Origin: a candidate division FCPU426 bacterium
GTDB taxonomy: Bacteria; Oederibacteriota; JAAXVQ01; JAUVAV01
NCBI GenBank assembly: GCA_030637655.1
Contig: DAOWGI010000065.1
Coordinates: 1 to 31,426, forward strand
Direction of reading: 5' to 3'
Length of the DNA stretch: 31,426 bases
Part shown: positions 16,554 to 26,450 of the stretch, one piece after another
Layout: the number at the start of each line of letters is the position of its first letter
Position numbering within the stretch: the stretch's first letter is position 1
The notes under the pieces: generated by a model
What the model saw: the letters and a program-made list of their open reading frames with translations, nothing else
What the model was told of the DNA's origin: nothing
Database searches by the model: none
Translations under genes and position numbers: made by a program

Positions 16554-19500
16554 ATGAGTCCGGAAATTGTATTAGAGCCACAAGGTCTTTCACCTCAGCT
16601 CAAACTCTTAATTGACAAACTGGAACTGCCCTCAGAAATAAAAACTCCCTTATTGCAGGCGCAACCCGGTTTGGTGACCGTATCCTGTCGTCCGGCGCAG
16701 ATGATAATACGTTTGGATGCCAAAATATGTTTGGCTAAGGTTGCCTTGGATCCGTTGCGCACGCTGCTGGTAGAAAAGATGGCAGGGACCGGAGCGCCGA
16801 AAATGATCTGGGATGTTCACTATCCGGCCGGGGTAATCAGCCCCTTACAGTATATGAAAGAACACTGGCCGGATTTGGTGGACGTTTTTTCCCAGCAGGT
16901 GAACATGGCCGGAGCCTATCTTTCTTTGGTCAGGTTTGGTAATGGCGGAGAAAACCGAGTGCGCATCGCTTTGCCGAATGAAATGTCCCTGACGGCCTTA
17001 AAGCGGCAATCCGGGGATAAAATATTAAGCCGGATGCTGAGCGAACGCTTAAAACAGGAAATCACAGTGCGATTTGAGATCGGCGAATTTACTGATGAGG
17101 TCAAAGAACGGGAAGCCTTATATCAGAAACGTATTCGCGAAGAATTGGAAAAAATTCAGAACGAAAATGAGGAAGCCAAGCTCTCTGTTGAGGGAAGTGT
17201 CAAAGCTCCCAAACGATCACCTTGGCGTGTCCTGTTAGGCAGGAAAATCTCCAGTGTGCCGGTACCAATTGCCGGAATCAAGGAAGAAGAGCCAAATGTT
17301 GTTTTTGAAGGCGAATTAGTGGCTTTTGACAGCAGAATTTTGCGTACCGGTCGTCAGCTGGTTCTTGCGGATATATATGATAAGACTGGAAGTATCAATG
17401 CGCGTTTGTTTGTGGATGCCGGTAAGCAGTTATCACCGGAAGTGAAGAAAGGCGCCTATGTCCGAATGCGAGGTTCAGTGCAATACGATAAATACTCGCA
17501 AGATCTGTGTTTGTTTATTAAGGATATCTCTTTGGGTATAAAACCCGTACGCAAAGATCTGGCTGAGGAAAAGCGCATTGAATTGCACGCGCATTCACAA
17601 ATGAGCGCCATGGATGCCATGGCCGGAGCATCCCAGTTGGTCAAGCAAGCAGCTGCCTTTGGTCATCCAGCTGTGGCGATTACAGATCACGGTGTGGTAC
17701 AGGGATTTCCGGAAGCCATGTCGGCTGCTAAAGAACACAACATTAAAGTTATTTATGGTATGGAAGGCTATCTTATTGAAGATGCCTGGGCAAAAACCGC
17801 GGCCAACCAGAAACCACCCCGTCCTTATCATGTTAGTATTTTAATAGCGCAACCACAGGGAGTCAGAAATTTATATCGGATGGTATCAGAAGCGCATTTG
17901 AAGTATTTTTATCGGCATCCACGTATCCCCCGCTCTGTCCTGGGAAAATATCGGGATGGTCTATTGTTGGGCACAGCTTGTGAACAAGGCGAGCTTTTTC
18001 AAACTATGTTGAGAGGTGCCGGTGAAGAAGAACTGGAGACCATTGCTAAACAGTATGATTATATTGAGATTATGCCGCGCGATAATAATCGGTTTTTACT
18101 TCGGGAAGGCCGGGTTAAAGATGAGGAAGCGCTGCTCGATTTGAATCGTCGTTTGTTAGCCTTGGGAAAACGATTAAATATTCCAGTAGTTGCCACGGGG
18201 GATATTCATTTCCTTGAACCTGATGACGAGGTTTTTCGATCAATTTTGCAATCAGGAATGGGTTATGCTGACGCGGCCAGGCAGGCGACTCTGTTTTTTA
18301 AAACAACCCGGGAAATGTTGGACGAATTTGCCTATCTGGGTGAAGCAGACGCAGCAGAAGTTGTTATTGCCGCGCCATTGCGGATTGCAGATTCTGTGGA
18401 ATGTGTGAAACCATTAAAATTTGATTTTTATCCACCCAAGCTGCCGGATGCGGAAAAAGAACTGCAAACTATAACATTTAAACGGGCTAAAGAAGTATAC
18501 GGAGATCCTTTGCCGGAAATTGTACACAAACGTCTGGAACGGGAAACAACAGCGATCAATGATAATCATTTTGCTTCATTGTTTTTAATAGCTCGTCGTT
18601 TGGTACAAAAGTCGATTAGTGACGGTTATTTAGTAGGGTCACGCGGATCTGTAGGGTCGTCGCTAACCGCAACCATGCTGGGAATAACAGAAGTGAATCC
18701 CTTGCCCGGCCATTACCTTTGCCCTCAGTGCCGCTATTTTGAACTGGCTGAAAAAAGTCGCATTGGCGCTGATTTGGATGAAAAAGATTGTCCTCGCTGT
18801 CAAACCACTATGGATAAAATTGGTTTTGATATTCCGTTTGAAGTATTCATGGGATTTAAAGGCAATAAATTGCCGGATATTGATTTGAATTTTTCCGGGG
18901 AATATCAATCCATTGCCCATAAATATTTGGAGGAAATATTTGATCCGGATCATATTTTCCGCGCCGGAACCATATCTACGGTTGCGGATCGTATTGCGTA
19001 TGGTTTTGTAAAGAAATATTTGGAAGAGAACAAATTGGTGATTCGTGAGGCGGAGGTAAATCGTCTGACCCGCGGTTGCGCGGGAGTGAAGAAAACCACC
19101 GGACAACATCCAGGTGGCATCATGATTGTGCCGGAAGATATGGAAATTTATGATTTTACTCCAGTGCAGCGGCCGGCCGATGACCGCAATTCGGAAATTA
19201 CCACTACGCATCTGGATTACCATGCCATACATGATTCCTTGTTGAAGCTTGATATTCTCGGGCATGATGATCCGACTTCCTTACGGCGGTTAGGGGATAT
19301 AACCGGTCTGGATGTTCGTTCCATACCCCTGGATGATCCGGAAACCTTAAAAATATTTTCCGGATTGGAATCACTGAATGTTACTGAGAAACAAATAAAC
19401 ACAAATATAGGAACACTTGGCATTCCTGAGTTCGGTACTGAATTTGTTCGTCAGATGCTCGACGTTACGCGGCCAACTGTCTTTTCTGAATTGGTACGCA

Positions 19501-20300
19501 TTTCCGGTTTGTCCCACGGAACAGACGTGTGGCTTAATAATGCCGCTGATTTAATCAAAGCCAAGACAGCAACGTTATCTACTGTGATTTCAGCCCGTGA
19601 TGATATTATGAATTATTTAATTGCCAAAGATGTTGAGCCTGGTTTGTCTTTCCAAATCATGGAGTCAGTTAGAAAAGGGCAAGGACTAACCGCAGAACAA
19701 GAAGGCGTTATGAAAGAGCATAGTGTGCCTACGTGGTATATTGATTCCTGTAAAAAGATAAAATACATGTTTCCTAAAGCGCATGCGGTTGCTTATTGCA
19801 TCATGGCTTTTCGTATTGCCTATTTCAAAGTGCATTTTTCAGCGGCCTTTTATACAAATTATTTTACTTTAAACGCGGAATTTTATGATGCTGAACTCGT
19901 AGTTCACGGCGGTCCTGAAAAAGTAAAAGAACGCATCAAGGAATTGAAAGATCAGCAGACTATGACTGCCAAAGATAAAAATAATCTGACAATATTGGAA
20001 GTTGTGCGCGAAGCCTTTGCGCGGGGAATTAAATTTAAAGCTGTATCTTTAAGTAAATCTGATCCGATGTTATTTCAACTGACAGATGAGCAGACTTTGC
20101 TGCCACCGTTGATTTCTTTAGCAGGCCTGGGATTAACTTGTGCTGTGCGCATCGCCGAAGAGCGACAGCTGCGGCCCTTCCGATCAGTCGAAGAATTATC
20201 CAAACGTACGGGCGCTAATAAAAATGTGGTTGAGATTATGACGCAGCATAAGTGCTTGGATATTTTACCCAAGACGGACCAGACCTCGTTGTTTGGATGA
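16554..20300 (+). CDS. polC: DNA polymerase III alpha subunit, PolC type, without the DEDDh exonuclease insertion
   Basis: N-terminal domain, OB fold, PHP (ELHAHS, AITDHG, GDIH), GSRGSVGSS, CPQC..CPRC zinc finger, PDIDLNF, TTGQHPGG, KLDILGH, YMFPKAHA. GGAG precedes ATG 16554. Confidence 0.97.
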   Translation: MSPEIVLEPQGLSPQLKLLIDKLELPSEIKTPLLQAQPGLVTVSCRPAQMIIRLDAKICLAKVALDPLRTLLVEKMAGTGAPKMIWDVHYPAGVISPLQYMKEHWPDLVDVFSQQVNMAGAYLSLVRFGNGGENRVRIALPNEMSLTALKRQSGDKILSRMLSERLKQEITVRFEIGEFTDEVKEREALYQKRIREELEKIQNENEEAKLSVEGSVKAPKRSPWRVLLGRKISSVPVPIAGIKEEEPNVVFEGELVAFDSRILRTGRQLVLADIYDKTGSINARLFVDAGKQLSPEVKKGAYVRMRGSVQYDKYSQDLCLFIKDISLGIKPVRKDLAEEKRIELHAHSQMSAMDAMAGASQLVKQAAAFGHPAVAITDHGVVQGFPEAMSAAKEHNIKVIYGMEGYLIEDAWAKTAANQKPPRPYHVSILIAQPQGVRNLYRMVSEAHLKYFYRHPRIPRSVLGKYRDGLLLGTACEQGELFQTMLRGAGEEELETIAKQYDYIEIMPRDNNRFLLREGRVKDEEALLDLNRRLLALGKRLNIPVVATGDIHFLEPDDEVFRSILQSGMGYADAARQATLFFKTTREMLDEFAYLGEADAAEVVIAAPLRIADSVECVKPLKFDFYPPKLPDAEKELQTITFKRAKEVYGDPLPEIVHKRLERETTAINDNHFASLFLIARRLVQKSISDGYLVGSRGSVGSSLTATMLGITEVNPLPGHYLCPQCRYFELAEKSRIGADLDEKDCPRCQTTMDKIGFDIPFEVFMGFKGNKLPDIDLNFSGEYQSIAHKYLEEIFDPDHIFRAGTISTVADRIAYGFVKKYLEENKLVIREAEVNRLTRGCAGVKKTTGQHPGGIMIVPEDMEIYDFTPVQRPADDRNSEITTTHLDYHAIHDSLLKLDILGHDDPTSLRRLGDITGLDVRSIPLDDPETLKIFSGLESLNVTEKQINTNIGTLGIPEFGTEFVRQMLDVTRPTVFSELVRISGLSHGTDVWLNNAADLIKAKTATLSTVISARDDIMNYLIAKDVEPGLSFQIMESVRKGQGLTAEQEGVMKEHSVPTWYIDSCKKIKYMFPKAHAVAYCIMAFRIAYFKVHFSAAFYTNYFTLNAEFYDAELVVHGGPEKVKERIKELKDQQTMTAKDKNNLTILEVVREAFARGIKFKAVSLSKSDPMLFQLTDEQTLLPPLISLAGLGLTCAVRIAEERQLRPFRSVEELSKRTGANKNVVEIMTQHKCLDILPKTDQTSLFG

Positions 20301-20304
20301 TATT

Positions 20305-20351
20305 GTAGGGGTACAGCGTCCGGCTGGTGGGCGCGGTTACCGCGCCCCTAC
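20305..20351. repeat. GTAG-type REP (degenerate inverted pair) between convergent polC and murB
   Basis: Minus strand reads GTAG-GGGCGCGGT-a-ACCGCGCCC (20351-20329); a partial partner GTAGGGG begins at 20305. Confidence 0.7.
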
Positions 20352-20355
20352 GGAA

Positions 20356-21270
20356 TTATGGGACAATATGAATTTCAGGTTGCAAACGTACGTGATGTTT
20401 TTCCCAGACTTTCGCCTCGATTACCTGCATAAGATCCAACAGGTCTTGGGTGCAGCCTTTCCCGGTATTCACCAGAAAATTGGCATGCTGCTCAGAAACC
20501 CGGATACCACCGATTTGATGTCCTTTGAGGCCGCAAGTTTCAATCAAAGTGCCTGAGGGAGTGCCGACATTGTAATCATTTTTGTATACGCAACCGGCGG
20601 AAGGAAATAAAAACTGTCCTTTGTTTTTGCGGTCTTTCAGTATTTCCTCTGTCTTTTGTTGTATGGCATATAAAGTTCCGGGAACAAGTTTTAAACGGAT
20701 GTTCATAATAATGTGTTGGTTGTGTTGGAAAATCGAATTTTTGTAAGCAAACCGGCATTCAGGCTGTGAGAAAGTTCGCTCTTCACCACTGGGGGTCAGG
20801 GTTTGCACTTCCTCAACAATATCGGAAAACGAGTGCCCGTAGCATTTGGCATTCATAAAGACTCCGCCGCCAATAGTGCCCGGTAATCCGGAGGCCCATT
20901 CAAAATCCGCAAGTGCGCAGGCCAATGTCTGTTCGGTTAAAGCAGCCACCGGAAGTCCTGCCCCCACCCGGACGTCTCCCTTGTTGGAACTGGTGAAATA
21001 ATTTATTTTTTTTGTGCTAAGTACTACACCTTGAAATCCAGTGTCCCGGAAAAGCAAATTGGCACCACTACCCAGCACAATATACGGAATTTGATGCTGG
21101 TGGCAGAGCAATAAACAAGCTCGAAAAGCCTCGGTGTTGGCAGGGGCGCAGAAATATTTGGCTGGTCCACCCATACGATAAGAACATACCTTGGACATGG
21201 GATAATTGGTGTACACAGGATTTTGGGCCGCTTGACTGAGCGCCTTTTTCAGGGAGTCGGTAGCGTGCAT
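20356..21270 (-). CDS. murB: UDP-N-acetylenolpyruvoylglucosamine reductase
   Basis: GGPA, LGSGANLL, GLPGTIGGGVFMNA, PSAGCVYKN, SEQHANF, LQPE. Start at ATG 21270 behind GAGG; alternative start 21288. Confidence 0.95.
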   Translation of the reverse strand: MHATDSLKKALSQAAQNPVYTNYPMSKVCSYRMGGPAKYFCAPANTEAFRACLLLCHQHQIPYIVLGSGANLLFRDTGFQGVVLSTKKINYFTSSNKGDVRVGAGLPVAALTEQTLACALADFEWASGLPGTIGGGVFMNAKCYGHSFSDIVEEVQTLTPSGEERTFSQPECRFAYKNSIFQHNQHIIMNIRLKLVPGTLYAIQQKTEEILKDRKNKGQFLFPSAGCVYKNDYNVGTPSGTLIETCGLKGHQIGGIRVSEQHANFLVNTGKGCTQDLLDLMQVIEAKVWEKHHVRLQPEIHIVP

Positions 21271-21431
21271 AATGATGCCTCGTGTCATGGGAATAACATT
21301 AAAGTTGTATTTTACAGCAAATTTTTTATTTCGTCAAAAGCTTGTGTGCGTGAAATACCAAAAGTGCATTGGCCGACATAACCAATCAGTGCGTGGGGCG
21401 TGAAATCGTGAAAAAATCAGGCTTAAAAAGT

Positions 21432-21843
21432 TGTAATATATCAGTAAACTAATAGAAAAAAATTAACCGCCGATGAACGCCGATAAATACAGATTAAATT
21501 TTTTTATCTCTTAAGCTAGTATTGTCCAAATTAAAAATCAGCAACCACGGATGAACACGGATTTTAAAAGCGGTTTCAGCATATTTACTGTTTTTGCATT
21601 TTTTAGAGCTTATCAGTGTTTATCCGCCGGTCCTGGGATTCCTATTATTTAATATAGAGAGCGGGATGTTCATTTGTGGTTATTTAGGTTTTTAAAGGGT
21701 TTACTTGATTGATTTTTTATATTTTCTATTTATTTGGACAGCAATGCTTAAGCTATAAATATCTGCGTCTATCTGCGTTCATCGGCGGCTAATTTTGGTT
21801 CCGGTTTATCCAGATTAGGTTTTTCCCGCTTCACTGACATGTT
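21432..21843. mobile_element. Nested inverted-repeat composite in the murB-nusA spacer
   Basis: IR pairs 21432-21450/21833-21843, 21461-21494/21761-21794 (29 of 34 matches), 21510-21531/21732-21752 and 21543-21556/21668-21681, plus a GGTTCCGGTTTATCCAGATTAGG end at 21797-21819. Confidence 0.75.
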
Positions 21844-21864
21844 CCAAAAAGTTATTTTTTTCAC

Positions 21865-21893
21865 TTGACTTGCCTAGCAATCAGTCCTATTCT
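21865..21893 (+). promoter_or_regulatory. sigma70-type promoter of the nusA-infB operon
   Basis: TTGACT (21865-21870) - 17 nt - TATTCT (21888-21893). Confidence 0.7.
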
Positions 21894-21919
21894 ATCATCT
21901 TAGAACACCACTTCAGCGG

Positions 21920-21950
21920 AAAGAGTGGGATATTATGCCCACTCTTTTTA
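21920..21950 (+). promoter_or_regulatory. rimP-leader-type attenuator hairpin
   Basis: AAAGAGTGGG-atattatg-CCCACTCTTT followed by T residues in the 5' leader of the nusA operon; matches the GAGTGGG/CCCACTC leader known from rimP-nusA-infB operons. Confidence 0.75.
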
Positions 21951-22020
21951 TTTATGGGAAAAATGCCGACAAACGCTGAGAGTGGATCAGAAGCGTATTT
22001 TGAGCATCAAGGGTGAAACG

Positions 22021-23541
22021 ATGAACACACAAATACTTGACGTTATGCGTCAAATTGAACGGGCACGCCGAGTGGACCGCGTGGTACTTATTCAGGCGAT
22101 TGAAGCGGCCCTGATTTCCGCCTCCAGAAAAAATCATGGCACAGCCCAGGACATTCGGGTGGAGTTTAATCCGGATACCGGCGATTTGCTCGTGTTTTTA
22201 AAGAAAAAAGTCGTGCTGGAAGTCCAAGAAGAGTGGAATGAGATTACTTTGGAAGAGGCCGCCAGGATTAATCCGCGTGTTCAGAAAGGGGACGAGATTG
22301 AACTGGAAATGCGTCCCTCGGATTTTGGCCGGATTGCCGCGCAAACCGCCAAACAGGTAATGCTGCAACGCGTTCGTGAATCGGAACGTAATGCCATTTT
22401 TGAAGAATTTAAAAAACGTCAGGGCGAGTTGGTCAATGGGACGGTATTGCGTCAGGAATACAAAAATCTTGTTCTTGATTTAGGTGATACGGAAGCCATT
22501 CTGCCGGCTCGGGAGCAAGTGCCGCGGGAAACCTACAAAAACGGTGACCGTATCAAGGCGTATATCCTGGATGTACGAAAAACCAGCCGGTCACCACAGG
22601 TGGTGGTTTCGCGCTCGCATCCGGGCATGATCCGGAAATTGTTTGAAATGGAAGTGCCTGAAGTCTCGGATGGTGTGGTGGAAATCCAAACTGTGGCGCG
22701 GGAAGCAGGGATACGTTCCAAAGTGGCTGTGTATTCCAAGGACAGCAATGTGGATCCTGTAGGCGCTTGTGTGGGTGTAAAAGGATCACGCATTCAATCA
22801 ATTGTGCGGGAGATTCACGGCGAAAAAATAGATGTCATATTATTTTCTGAGAATATTGAGATACTGCTGAGTGCTGCTTTGCAGCCGGCCAAAATTACTC
22901 AAGTGGAAATGTTAAAAGAAAAAAATCATGCCAGGGTTATTGTTAAAGATGATCAGCTGGCATTAGCCATAGGAAAAAACGGACAGAATGTGCGTTTGGC
23001 GTCGAAATTGATTGGTTGGAAAATTGATATAGTCAGCCTCTCGAAAAATCAAGAAGCTATGCGCAAAAAAGCGGAAGCCGCCTTCATAAAAACAGCTCCG
23101 GACTTGGATAAAATACCGGGTATTAGCAGCAAATTGGCAGAACGGTTGAAAGCGGCCGGCTATGCCACGGTCGCAGACTTTATGGATGTGAGTGTTGACA
23201 AACTGACGGCCGTGCCGGCTGTGGGCAAAAAGACGGCTGAGAAAATTCTGGAGAGTGTAAAAACCTTTTTGCCGGAGAGCTCCGAAGTAAAAGAAGAAAA
23301 AACCGCTGAAGATTTGTTTGCCAAATTGAACGATGTGAATGAAGTAAAAGAAACCAAAGAGCGGGAAGTGAAAGCCGGGGAACTTTTTGCTGGATTGGAC
23401 GGAGCAGCCGAAGCCGGGAGCACGGAAAACGAACAGACCGGAAGTGAAGACCCGAATGAGGACAAGGCAGCTGGTTCGGCTGAAACTTCTGACGAGAATT
23501 CGACGGGCGCTGACTCTGAGGAAGAAGGTGACAAACAATGA
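22021..23541 (+). CDS. nusA: Transcription termination/antitermination factor NusA with C-terminal HhH and acidic tail
   Basis: [12 protein letters not shown]1 domain, [21 protein letters not shown]. True start is ATG 22021; the GTG at 21925 lies within the leader hairpin. Confidence 0.97.
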   Translation: MNTQILDVMRQIERARRVDRVVLIQAIEAALISASRKNHGTAQDIRVEFNPDTGDLLVFLKKKVVLEVQEEWNEITLEEAARINPRVQKGDEIELEMRPSDFGRIAAQTAKQVMLQRVRESERNAIFEEFKKRQGELVNGTVLRQEYKNLVLDLGDTEAILPAREQVPRETYKNGDRIKAYILDVRKTSRSPQVVVSRSHPGMIRKLFEMEVPEVSDGVVEIQTVAREAGIRSKVAVYSKDSNVDPVGACVGVKGSRIQSIVREIHGEKIDVILFSENIEILLSAALQPAKITQVEMLKEKNHARVIVKDDQLALAIGKNGQNVRLASKLIGWKIDIVSLSKNQEAMRKKAEAAFIKTAPDLDKIPGISSKLAERLKAAGYATVADFMDVSVDKLTAVPAVGKKTAEKILESVKTFLPESSEVKEEKTAEDLFAKLNDVNEVKETKEREVKAGELFAGLDGAAEAGSTENEQTGSEDPNEDKAAGSAETSDENSTGADSEEEGDKQ

Positions 23542-25688
23542 GCCAGAAAGTGCGTGTGTTTGAACTAGCCAAAGAATTGAAACTAACCTCCAAAGAATTG
23601 CTTGGCGAATTGAAAAAAATGCGTATTGAAGTCAAAAGTCACATGAGTGTTTTAGAGGACGAAACGGTTGCCTATATTAAACGGCATTGGGGCGAAGATG
23701 AAATAATCGATGATGCCATTGTGCCGGGTATGAAAGTGGAAGATCAACCTGCTGCCGGCCTTGATACATTGGAAACGCCAACAACCATGCCAATGCAAGA
23801 GGAGCCGGAACCGGAGCCGGAACCGGAGCCGGAGCTGGAGCTGGAGCCGGAACCCGAGCCCGAGCCCGAGCCCGAGCCGGAACCTGAGCCGGAACCCGAG
23901 CCGGAGCCGAAACCTGCTAAATCCAGGGAAGAGCTAAAACCTTTAAAACTTCCGGAAGCAGTAACAGTAGGTGAAGTGGCTGCGCGCTTGGAAGTTAAAG
24001 CAGCGGAAGCAATCAAAAAATTAATGGGCCTTGGTGTCTTTGCTACTATAAACCAACGCCTGGATAATGACGTGATTGAAATTTTTCTGGAAGAATATGG
24101 GTATTGTCCGGAATTTGAAGAATTATATGGCGAAGAGATGTTGCTTCAGGAGGAGGAAGAGGGTAATCCTGAAGATCAAAAACCTCGTCCACCCGTGGTC
24201 ACCATTATGGGGCATGTCAATCATGGTAAAACTTCGCTGCTGGATGCCATTCAAGAGACGAATCTGATTGATAGTGAAGCCGGCGGTATTACTCAGCACA
24301 TTGGTGCGTATCAGGTAAAATTGGCCAAAGGATATGTGACCTTTCTCGATACTCCTGGTCACGCTGCCTTTACGACCTTGCGTGCGCGTGGCGCCCAGGT
24401 CACTGATGTAGTAGTTTTAGTGGTCGCGGCAGACGATGGTGTGCAGCCCCAGACAGCTGAAGCGATTGACCATGCCAAAGCGGCCAATGTGCCTATTATT
24501 GTTGCAATCAATAAAATTGACAAACCCGGGGCGGATACGGAACGCATTAAGCAGGAACTTACCAAGTTCAATTTAGTGCCGGAAGAATGGGGCGGGCAGA
24601 CTATTGTGGTGGAAATTTCCGCGAAAAATCGGACTGGCTTAGACAAACTGCTGGAAATGTTGCTTTTGGAAGCAGAAATGTTGGAACTCAAAGCCAACCG
24701 TAAGGTGCGAGCCAAAGGAACCATTATTGAAGCCAAATTAGATCGTGGCCGCGGTGTGGTTGCCACTGTGTTGGTCCAAAAAGGTGAATTGGCAGTCGGT
24801 GATCCGATTGTGACCGGGATTCAATACGGCAGAATCCGTGCCATCAATAATGAACATGGACAGCAGATAAAAAGTGCCGGACCAAGCATGCCGGTGGAAG
24901 TGTTGGGAATTTCAGGATTGCCCTCTGCCGGTGATATTTTCCAAGTAGTGGCTAATGATAAATTGGCCCGTCAAGTTGCCATGAAGCGGCAGATGCTTAG
25001 GCGTGAACAGGATCTCAGTCGGTCCCATAAAGTGACGTTGGATAATTTGAAAGATCAAATCGCCGAAGGCTCGATGAAAGAATTGAAAATTATTATCAAA
25101 GCGGACTTTGACGGATCAGCGGAAGTACTGAAAAATTCCTTGGAAGGATTGTCCACTGAAAAAGTAAAATTAACTTGTATTCATAGTGGTGTCGGCAATA
25201 TTTCCGAGAGTGATATAATGTTGGCCAGTGCCAGCAATGCTATTTTACTTGGATTTAATGTCAAAGCGGAAAGTGGTGTGGACCAGCTTACCAAGCGCGA
25301 GGAAGTGGATGTCCGGATATATTCGGTTATTTATGAGATAGTGGATGATCTCAAAGCGGCCATGGAAGGACTCTTGGAACCGCATTTTCACCAAGTGACT
25401 CTTGGAAAAGCGGAAGTTAAAGAATTGTTTAAACTTTCCTCCGGCAGCAGCATTGCCGGTTCGCAAGTGATCACTGGAAAAATACTGCGGAATGCGCATG
25501 GGAAAGTGGTGCGCGAAGGGCAAATTCTGCACTCGGGAAAAATCGAGTCGCTTAGACGTTTTAAAGACGATGTAAAGGAAGTGACTATGGGTCAGGAATG
25601 CGGCATTGCAATTACCGGGTTTAAAAAGTATGAGCCCGGTGATACGATTGAAGTATTCATGTTGGAAGAAGTCGCGCAAAAACTTTAG
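23538..25688 (+). CDS. infB: Translation initiation factor IF-2
   Basis: [10 protein letters not shown]-domain, [51 protein letters not shown] overlap with nusA. Confidence 0.98.
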   Translation: MSQKVRVFELAKELKLTSKELLGELKKMRIEVKSHMSVLEDETVAYIKRHWGEDEIIDDAIVPGMKVEDQPAAGLDTLETPTTMPMQEEPEPEPEPEPELELEPEPEPEPEPEPEPEPEPEPEPKPAKSREELKPLKLPEAVTVGEVAARLEVKAAEAIKKLMGLGVFATINQRLDNDVIEIFLEEYGYCPEFEELYGEEMLLQEEEEGNPEDQKPRPPVVTIMGHVNHGKTSLLDAIQETNLIDSEAGGITQHIGAYQVKLAKGYVTFLDTPGHAAFTTLRARGAQVTDVVVLVVAADDGVQPQTAEAIDHAKAANVPIIVAINKIDKPGADTERIKQELTKFNLVPEEWGGQTIVVEISAKNRTGLDKLLEMLLLEAEMLELKANRKVRAKGTIIEAKLDRGRGVVATVLVQKGELAVGDPIVTGIQYGRIRAINNEHGQQIKSAGPSMPVEVLGISGLPSAGDIFQVVANDKLARQVAMKRQMLRREQDLSRSHKVTLDNLKDQIAEGSMKELKIIIKADFDGSAEVLKNSLEGLSTEKVKLTCIHSGVGNISESDIMLASASNAILLGFNVKAESGVDQLTKREEVDVRIYSVIYEIVDDLKAAMEGLLEPHFHQVTLGKAEVKELFKLSSGSSIAGSQVITGKILRNAHGKVVREGQILHSGKIESLRRFKDDVKEVTMGQECGIAITGFKKYEPGDTIEVFMLEEVAQKL
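23802..23909 (+). repeat. Hexanucleotide tandem repeat encoding (EP)n in the IF2 linker
   Basis: 18 hexamers GARCCN, two of them GAGCTG, giving EP x5, EL x2, EP x11. Confidence 0.95.
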
Positions 25689-25736
25689 TGAACAAGATAC
25701 GTTGAGCGGATTGTTGCGTGAAGGAGAGCGAACACA

Positions 25737-26018
25737 GTGGTAGTCGGAGTACTGACCGGAGAACTGCATTTTTACGAGAATCACTCACTTAAAGGCAAAC
25801 GCATAATTCTCAGAAAAATACTGGATCGTGTGAAACGAAAATTTAATGTTTCCGCAGCAGAAGTGGATTTTCAGGATTTGTGGCAGCGATCCATGATTGC
25901 TGTGGCGTGCGTGAATACCTCAGCCCGTGAAGCCAATGCGACTCTATCACAAGTGCTCAATGTGTTGGATACATTTCACGAGGCTGAACTCATCAATCAT
26001 GTTTTGGAAATGCGTTGA
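25737..26018 (+). CDS. ylxP: DUF503 (YlxP-like) protein
   Basis: HSLKGKR...FNVSAAEVDFQDLWQR; conserved position between infB and rbfA; GTG start behind AAGGAG. Confidence 0.9.
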   Translation: MVVGVLTGELHFYENHSLKGKRIILRKILDRVKRKFNVSAAEVDFQDLWQRSMIAVACVNTSAREANATLSQVLNVLDTFHEAELINHVLEMR

Positions 26019-26075
26019 CAATGTTTCCTGTCAAGAGCGGCGGAAAAACACAAAGAAAAATAATGGGTGTGGTAT

Positions 26076-26450
26076 ATGAAAGCCAAAAGAACCGATCGTT
26101 TGGCATCTCAAATCATTCGGGAAATTTCAGAAATTCTTCAACGCAAACTCTCCGATCCGCGTTTGCAGTGGGTTACCTTGACACGCGCCGAGGTTTCACC
26201 GAACATGCGGGAAGCAAAAATATTTGTGCGTACCCTGGAAATCGGAAAAAAAGAGGAACAGACCCTGGAGGCTTTGCGGCACGCGACCGGGTTTATACGT
26301 CGTGAACTGGGGCATCGTTTGGCATGGCGCGTGATCCCGGAAGTGGTGTTTCGGATGGACAAAGAGGCGGAACAAACGGAAAAAGTTTTGCGGATTATAT
26401 CGGAATTGAGTCATGAGAGGAGTGCTAAGGATGGTGGAACAGAAGCTTAA
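26076..26450 (+). CDS. rbfA: Ribosome-binding factor A
   Basis: R..RLASQI.REIS, DPRL, ATGFIRRELG, IPEVVFRMD; synteny. Confidence 0.95.
   Translation: MKAKRTDRLASQIIREISEILQRKLSDPRLQWVTLTRAEVSPNMREAKIFVRTLEIGKKEEQTLEALRHATGFIRRELGHRLAWRVIPEVVFRMDKEAEQTEKVLRIISELSHERSAKDGGTEA

Noticed and set aside
20293-20556. 87-aa ORF after polC
   Set aside because: Spans the REP and runs antisense to murB.
21925-22020. N-terminal extension of NusA or a rimP remnant
   Set aside because: The GTG lies in the leader hairpin, there is no RimP similarity, and ATG 22021 has an RBS and a canonical NusA start.
26015-26305. 96-aa ORF overlapping rbfA
   Set aside because: Alternative frame of rbfA with no motif or RBS support.
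26420-26428. CIRCE element (GAGTGCTAA)
   Set aside because: Only the right half-site is present, inside coding sequence and overlapping the nrnA RBS.
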